From: a virus
Lineage: Duplodnaviria > Caudoviricetes
Virus record (IMG/VR): IMGVR_UViG_3300035181_001095
Coordinates: 1-63,183 of that record
Length of the DNA stretch: 63,183 bases
Direction: 5' to 3' (one strand)
Shown here: in pieces, positions 58,301 to 63,183 of the stretch
Layout of the letters: each line of letters opens with the position of its first letter
Numbering within the stretch: position 1 is the first letter of the stretch
Program-made: the position numbers and the translations under genes
The notes under the pieces: model-generated
The model's input: only the letters and a program-made list of their open reading frames with translations
Told to the model about the DNA's origin: nothing
Databases searched by the model: none

Positions 58301-61300
58301 AAGAAGTTTGCAATTTTCTTAAATATACCTGTTTGATTAGGTTCCATTATTTTATCAGCAAAGGCATCAGCAGCTTGTTCCATCCAATGTTCTTTACCAT
58401 TACTAAAAGCCTTTTTTAGAGTTGTAATTTCTTTTGGTGTAAAATAACCACTGTTTACTAATGTTTCAAAAACTTCATGCAAAGCTGTGCGTTTAGCTTC
58501 GGCGTCTTTTAAACCCGCACGCAACCAAATTAATGGAGCATTTGAATTTGATAGAATTATATTAACACCTCGAACTTTTTGTAAATAGGCTTTTAAGGCT
58601 AAATCAGCAGGTATGGTTTGGTCATGTCTGCCAATGGCTTCTAAAATATCTTTATCTGTAAATCCAAGAGATTTTAATTTGTCAGATATGTTATCAAAAT
58701 TAACAAATTCAATTTTAGCTGGAGTTAGGTCACCTAATGTTTGACGCAACCAATTAGTTAATTTTTGTGATATTGAATTTTGATAATAAACAACATTACC
58801 ATTTTGAATATCTCGTTTAGCTTGTTCCTGTAAAACTGGTTTAATATCTTCAGGTACTTTTTGCACCATATCTAATACTTGTGGCACTGTCATTTTACCT
58901 GTTGCTAAATCATCTTGTAACTGACTAATAGTTTGTTCGGTTGGATGTGTTAATTCTTTTTTTGATATGGTTGGTTTAATTTGTGGTTGAATAGTTTGGT
59001 TTTTTGTGACAGCATCAAAAAATCTTTGCTTCAATTGTTCTTTATATGTCTGTAACTCATCACGTTTAGCGGGGTAATCTTGTGGTGATTCATATCTGGC
59101 CTCTTTGACAGCATCTTCTTTAGCTTTAAGATTATCAGTTTCCCCTAAAACTTTAGCTATTGTATGTATATCATTATCTGTAGTTTGATTTTTAAATGTT
59201 TCAAATAAGTTGTGATTTACAATATTTGCTTTTAATTTATTATATGTAATTAATTCATCTGGAGTTAATTGTGGATTTTTTACAAATGTATTTGGTATTG
59301 GTTCAGCTGTATTTTCAGATTTGGTAACCGTACCTTGTTTTTCTTGTAATTTAGGTTCACTTGATGCTACCTCTGGATTTTTTCCTACTTCTGGATTTTG
59401 TTGAACATCTATAGGTGTGGATTCCTTATCTACTGTAGTAATATTATCAATGGCCTGTTTTTGTTCTGGTGTTATTTTTAAAGTTTTCCTATTTGTAGTA
59501 TTTGAATTTGCTTCATTATTTGGTTCTTCTACTGATTGTTTTTCCACATTATGTATATTTATTTCTGGTGACGTTTCAGGTAATTTTTGGTTTACTACAT
59601 TAGTTTCTTCAATTGGACTTTTTTTTTCTGAAGCTGTTGGATTTTGAACTCTATTACTCTGAAGATTTTGTTCTGTTGGATTTTGTAATTTTTGATATGA
59701 CTCTTTAGCGTCAAGCCGTCTATCAGCATAATACTTAAATTTTTTTAGTAATTCCGTAGCACTTTTATCTTGACCAATTATTTCTTGTGACTTCCCTGGT
59801 TGATTAAAAATAGCATAATATTGGTTAGTTTTTGTATCTTTGCGTATATCAACAAAATAATCTTTATTTGTTTCACTATATGCTCTTGCAACATATTGTG
59901 TTCCAGGAATTGATTCTTTATATGGTGTTGCATTAATCCTATCTTCTATTGTTTCAAAATTTGTTGGTTGCGTCTTTATTGATGGAGTTTCCGTTGGTTG
60001 TGTAGTTTCAGGTTCAGTTGATGTTGTAGCTTCAGGTTGAGTGGGAGCTGCCATAGAACTTAGTTTAGCATTTTCTTCTAATCTATCTAATATAGGTTGT
60101 GTATTCCTTAAAACTTCTTCGGCAGTTTTACCATACCCAATTACTTCATAAGGCTTACCTGGCACATTTTGAACTGCAAAAAATGTTGGTTCAGGACTAT
60201 TAGGGTCTTTATATATATCAATAGAAATACCACTGTTACTCTCATGATTCAAATTTCGTCCAACAAGTTGTAATCCTGGTATTTTTTCACCAGACATAGT
60301 GGAAGTAATTTGATTTATAATATCTGTATCGTGTAGAGGTTCTGAAAATTCTTGGGAGGATAAGGTTGGCGATTCATCTGTAATACCTACAATAGCTCGA
60401 CGTTGTCCTGGTTCAACTTCTGTTTGAAAATATTTTTGAGTTTGAGGGTCATAAAAAACTTCTGTGCCACTTTCATTTCTATCTAATACTTTAACTGGTA
60501 TAAACCCCTCTGGAATAGACCCATCATGTATTGTATCTTCCAATTGACCAGCTCTAACCTTTTCAATTGGCATATGATAAGATTTTGGAATATTCGGATA
60601 ATCAGATACTTGTTCAGGATGCGCTTCCTGTGATGTTTCAGGTTCAGACTGTGCTTCTTGAACAGGAGGGGCTTCTGGAACAGGCTGCGCTTCCTGTGAT
60701 GTTTCAGTAGGTTCAGGCTGTGCTGCTTGATTTACTGCTTCCTGTTGACGAGCATTAACGGTATCTGTATATACCTTGTTTATATCTGCCACATCAGATG
60801 TTTCATGTAAAATTGGATATGTGCCTGTCTTTGGGTCTATTTCAGTCAAATCCTGTAAAACATATGTCTTAACCTTACCATCATTATCTTTGACTAAAGT
60901 CATGACAAGCTTATTAGGTCTATCAAGTAATTGTGTAAAATTATCTTTATGGTAAACTTCAAAGTTACCATTCATTATTGGTTCTTGTGATTGATTATTG
61001 CCAGGTTTTGTTAAATCTATTTTTGGTAAATCACCTGAGTGCATTGTATAAGGCATTGCTTCTTTAATTACATCAGGTATTTGCTGATTATCTTTATTAT
61101 AAACTTTATTTAAGTCCATAACTAATGGTATAATATCTTTATATTTAGCAAAATTTTGAGCTATTTCATCTGGATTATCTGTCCAATTAGTATAGGCTTG
61201 TTGAACTAATTGTTGGTTTTCAGGAGATAAGTTATCGTAATTCTCATTATGTAAAAGACTAAATTGTGCATGTAATTTAGCTGCGTCTTCAGGTGATAAT

Positions 61301-62154
61301 TGTGCTCCAGACGTTGCATTTTGTTGATTCTTTGCCAACCTTTCCTTTAGAGTTTTAGCACCTACTGTTCCTGCGCCAAGAACAGCACCAACAAGAGCAT
61401 TTTCAAGGCCTTCTTTGCCTATATCTGATGCAGTAACATTTGGATTAATACCTGATGCCCCTTCAAGAGTTTTATTCAAAGCGCCTTGCGCTCCCATCGT
61501 AACAGCATCAGCTAATGCAGCCTTACCAGCTTCCAGCAATTTTGCTTTTAATGTATCAGGCACAACATTAGATGCTAATACCCCACGAGTAACTTTGCCA
61601 AGAATACCAGGGGCTACTGTATTGACTAACCCAAATGCTTCAGGATATAGACCATTCGATTGGTTAGGAGGCATTTCTTGATGTGCCTGTTCAGCAGATG
61701 ATGCAAAAAGTGCTGGGAGTGTTACTTCTGGAGCGGCAGCAGAAGCAGCCATAATTGGTAAAGCACTTACAACTCCATGCTCTATTTTAGCAATTGGATT
61801 TGTGTATATTTGTTCAGGGTTTCCTCCATAATTTTGATTAACCCGTTGCTGCCAATCTTGTGCTACATGTTGCATTCCTTGTTGTAGAACTCTGAATATA
61901 CTATCAGGTTGTGCCCCAAATATTCTATCAGGAACATAATCAAGGGCTTGGCCAACTAAATTTAATGTTTGAGGAGCCATACTCTCGGCAGCATGAAAAG
62001 GTGCTTGTAGTAACTGTTGGCCTACAGGCAATGCAGTCTGTTGAACTTGTGGTATTCCAAACTGTTGTTTATATGAATTTATTTGGTCATCATTATAACC
62101 TTGTTGTCTTAATGTATTTTCAAATAATTGAATACGTTGCTGTAAATCGTCCAT
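55324..62154 (-). CDS. Giant internal virion/DNA-ejection protein (2276 aa)
   Basis: Ala/Gly-rich N-terminal membrane-like segment, P/E/Q/T linkers, helical C-terminus; last gene of the late block; GAGGTG RBS. Confidence 0.75.
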   Translation of the reverse strand: MDDLQQRIQLFENTLRQQGYNDDQINSYKQQFGIPQVQQTALPVGQQLLQAPFHAAESMAPQTLNLVGQALDYVPDRIFGAQPDSIFRVLQQGMQHVAQDWQQRVNQNYGGNPEQIYTNPIAKIEHGVVSALPIMAASAAAPEVTLPALFASSAEQAHQEMPPNQSNGLYPEAFGLVNTVAPGILGKVTRGVLASNVVPDTLKAKLLEAGKAALADAVTMGAQGALNKTLEGASGINPNVTASDIGKEGLENALVGAVLGAGTVGAKTLKERLAKNQQNATSGAQLSPEDAAKLHAQFSLLHNENYDNLSPENQQLVQQAYTNWTDNPDEIAQNFAKYKDIIPLVMDLNKVYNKDNQQIPDVIKEAMPYTMHSGDLPKIDLTKPGNNQSQEPIMNGNFEVYHKDNFTQLLDRPNKLVMTLVKDNDGKVKTYVLQDLTEIDPKTGTYPILHETSDVADINKVYTDTVNARQQEAVNQAAQPEPTETSQEAQPVPEAPPVQEAQSEPETSQEAHPEQVSDYPNIPKSYHMPIEKVRAGQLEDTIHDGSIPEGFIPVKVLDRNESGTEVFYDPQTQKYFQTEVEPGQRRAIVGITDESPTLSSQEFSEPLHDTDIINQITSTMSGEKIPGLQLVGRNLNHESNSGISIDIYKDPNSPEPTFFAVQNVPGKPYEVIGYGKTAEEVLRNTQPILDRLEENAKLSSMAAPTQPEATTSTEPETTQPTETPSIKTQPTNFETIEDRINATPYKESIPGTQYVARAYSETNKDYFVDIRKDTKTNQYYAIFNQPGKSQEIIGQDKSATELLKKFKYYADRRLDAKESYQKLQNPTEQNLQSNRVQNPTASEKKSPIEETNVVNQKLPETSPEINIHNVEKQSVEEPNNEANSNTTNRKTLKITPEQKQAIDNITTVDKESTPIDVQQNPEVGKNPEVASSEPKLQEKQGTVTKSENTAEPIPNTFVKNPQLTPDELITYNKLKANIVNHNLFETFKNQTTDNDIHTIAKVLGETDNLKAKEDAVKEARYESPQDYPAKRDELQTYKEQLKQRFFDAVTKNQTIQPQIKPTISKKELTHPTEQTISQLQDDLATGKMTVPQVLDMVQKVPEDIKPVLQEQAKRDIQNGNVVYYQNSISQKLTNWLRQTLGDLTPAKIEFVNFDNISDKLKSLGFTDKDILEAIGRHDQTIPADLALKAYLQKVRGVNIILSNSNAPLIWLRAGLKDAEAKRTALHEVFETLVNSGYFTPKEITTLKKAFSNGKEHWMEQAADAFADKIMEPNQTGIFKKIANFFERVNNAINGLGFNNADDIFEAIQKNKDRSIFADFRKAQNEFETKQLKALGFSVDKDDIVPTQFSIIKHVVDSLKGDKRLSSFARMFLSSQWFNHPVIKSLFNIFKTSEERSNLLIAAFKQFYRDIENVKNPMFAKAVWDSDAQGKLLDNNTLKNKYKLTNDEINIYHQTKQFFDKMATEYFTALKNSVIYALSNTPEYANLSDNARKHLVEWIAQNSDSLRDNPIVIPKEFNIKEDETVNQFIGHALSKIKPFDDQINAYTAADKFYTPRLRQRGEWAIKVYQGVNEQYPDGTTKSYWAELHREHTPTTITQTGGHYQAAKIMKRLQTQYNGRIVDELPRNVKDNDIVIVKAKNPNNVSSLYEGTTNTAVQQYLEYMTERLKQEHPVDEKAIDKLISMIQSDIQNDFMSRGFATSRFIQRQENLVEGFEKNLPKVISTYLPAMSNSIARLTATSQLQAYLNSPDVRHQLQNDTQLFKYYNEYTGAMLKPASVLDKATATIKTFLTVRMLGMSLKSALSQLTQPFTVGLPEILGFMNAEADALRQYKPERTSGMDFVNANIKALSGLSQSSWSLLKNLMRLDTINPEEQNALDKILGTSVAANTFVSQIRNEASMILPSYLHSLFTSLMAPMQSMELASRKMGALMAYRLAKQKGLSNEDAINFGTKYNDNAFFIFSKVNKPLIALKNPIVSSMLTLRGYEVNYLGWLYKTIRNEQNKVYFDKLLANGLYTTLFGGALAVPFVTQILKAFQWITDDDKDTKQAFYKTLQKHVGQTGADVLTYGAPSLLGSDISTSLSVGLIPDDLSIPSLMNTLFGVWRGTSSDTEALYRAVQRGDFKNMFLGIAPPSLSKAVSAYSNYAENKPLLTKYGNVVTDVYGQPIKYTGSEAVLAGLGLRPIRPVKETEAKLAADTTKKLYDEQRNTIYDKLRWAPDENAIRQIITNDVTRYNQKAAKYGGVIPLITMNTIKQTLKRASGKPSKLGILLANADETD

Positions 62155-62229
62155 TATAGCACCTCAAAAAATGAAAACGTTTTCATTTTATGTTCCTTCG
62201 GAAGCATTTTATATTACTTCAGAGTCAGT

Positions 62230-62883
62230 TTATGGTAATAAATTACCCTTGTAAATGTCCCAATCATTATTCAAATAATCTGTATCATTATTATTTGATT
62301 GTGTTGTGGCACCTGGTAATGCTTGCTGGGTATTATTAGTTCCTGATGATGGATTATTTTGTTGTGTTAATCCTAAACGTTGCGCTAAAGTAAGTGCATT
62401 AGCATCCATATCTTTATTTCCATAAACAATGTTGTATGCTTGATTTAATCTCGTAGCGCTATTTGTGGCATTAGCCGCTCCTGGGGTTTGATTATCCCCA
62501 CCATATAGAGTATCGAACATATGTATTCTTTCAGCTGCCCGTGATTGAGCTGTTTTTACAGCACTATCAGCTAAATATTTTGATTGTTCTATTAACGGAG
62601 ATATAGCGTTCATAACTGCATTGAATTCATATAAATTAGGTTTTTCTTGATTAACCCAATTAGATAAATAATTAGTAACTTTACCCATAAAATTTTGATG
62701 ATTTTTTATATAAGGATGTATTTCCTGTTGAGCTTCATAGAAACTATTATTTTGTTGTGGTAGTAATGCAGTAGATTGTGGTAGTGCTTGAGTAGTATTA
62801 TTACCACCCATATATGAACGTGCTAAAGAACCTCCAATTCCAATAGGAATTAGCCATTTAAGTAAGTCAGTTGTGCCTGCCAT
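62230..62883 (-). CDS. Probable internal virion protein
   Basis: 217 aa, N/Q-rich, between the join-spanning gene and the giant gene. Confidence 0.6.
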   Translation of the reverse strand: MAGTTDLLKWLIPIGIGGSLARSYMGGNNTTQALPQSTALLPQQNNSFYEAQQEIHPYIKNHQNFMGKVTNYLSNWVNQEKPNLYEFNAVMNAISPLIEQSKYLADSAVKTAQSRAAERIHMFDTLYGGDNQTPGAANATNSATRLNQAYNIVYGNKDMDANALTLAQRLGLTQQNNPSSGTNNTQQALPGATTQSNNNDTDYLNNDWDIYKGNLLP

Positions 62884-62927
62884 TTTTAACCTCCTGTAGC
62901 TTCATCATATTCTGGTAAAGCTATTTG

Positions 62928-63183
62928 TTAGGTATTATTAGTATATAAAGGAACACCATTATTTTGGTTTATTCTCTGAATTCCTGGTATTCCTATATTT
63001 GAAGGTAATGCCTGTTTATCATTATTAACAGTAGATGTGTTATCTTCATTAAATAGATTTTGCTGAAGATTTGCAGCAGATGGAAGTTTATAGTTATCGA
63101 ACAAATCAAATGAGGGGAACAATGACCCAGTCGGCTGTTGAGGATTTGCCAATGTAACTTGTTGACCAATTCCATTGGGAGGG
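62928..63183 (-). CDS. 3' part of the join-spanning ejection-type protein (starts at 507)
   Basis: In frame with 1-507 across the 127-bp overlap. Confidence 0.75.
   Translation of the reverse strand, partial: PPNGIGQQVTLANPQQPTGSLFPSFDLFDNYKLPSAANLQQNLFNEDNTSTVNNDKQALPSNIGIPGIQRINQNNGVPLYTNNT
63057..63183. repeat. Terminal direct repeat (copy 2)
   Basis: Identical to 1-127. Confidence 0.95.

Noticed and set aside
63057-63183. 127-bp terminal repeat as the biological genome terminus
   Set aside because: It lies inside a coding sequence and its length matches a standard assembler k-mer; most likely an assembly overlap
1-63183. Stop-codon reassignment, introns or inteins
   Set aside because: Core genes (TerL, PolA, NrdJ, DnaB, RecA) are intact at normal length in the standard code, and all three stop codons end genes

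Overview
The window is an apparently complete, circularly assembled genome of an AT-rich dsDNA tailed phage with podovirus-like architecture. Bases 1-127 are identical to 63057-63183, giving a unique length of about 63,056 bp, and an ORF reads through the join. No integrase or recognisable repressor is visible, so the phage is probably lytic; the host is probably anaerobic (class II RNR, radical SAM; inference). Minus strand 55.3 kb through the join to 24.3 kb carries the virion and lysis genes: TerL, portal, scaffold, major capsid, tail parts, SLT endolysin, holins and a 2276-aa ejection protein. Minus strand 24.7-34.9 kb is an accessory block inserted between terS and terL. It holds small paralogous ORFs behind three repeated promoter cassettes, tRNA-Leu(UAA), two tandem Csx20-like (type III CRISPR ring nuclease family) genes, a radical SAM enzyme and a beta-clamp-like gene. 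Plus strand 35-38 kb and 40-55 kb carries an AAA ATPase and the replication/nucleotide module (DnaB, primase, SSB, SF2 helicase, RecA, nucleases, PolA, RuvC, ThyA-like, Dam-like, NrdJ). The most notable signals are: (i) a promoter-driven ~100-nt non-coding RNA at 38.2 kb whose loops are complementary to the ribosome-binding sites shared by the early/accessory genes; (ii) duplicated Csx20-like anti-CRISPR candidates; (iii) a 16-bp palindrome ATGAAAACGTTTTCAT dispersed through the genome; (iv) apparent absence of GATC despite a Dam-family methylase. All family assignments come from motif recognition by eye, not database searches.
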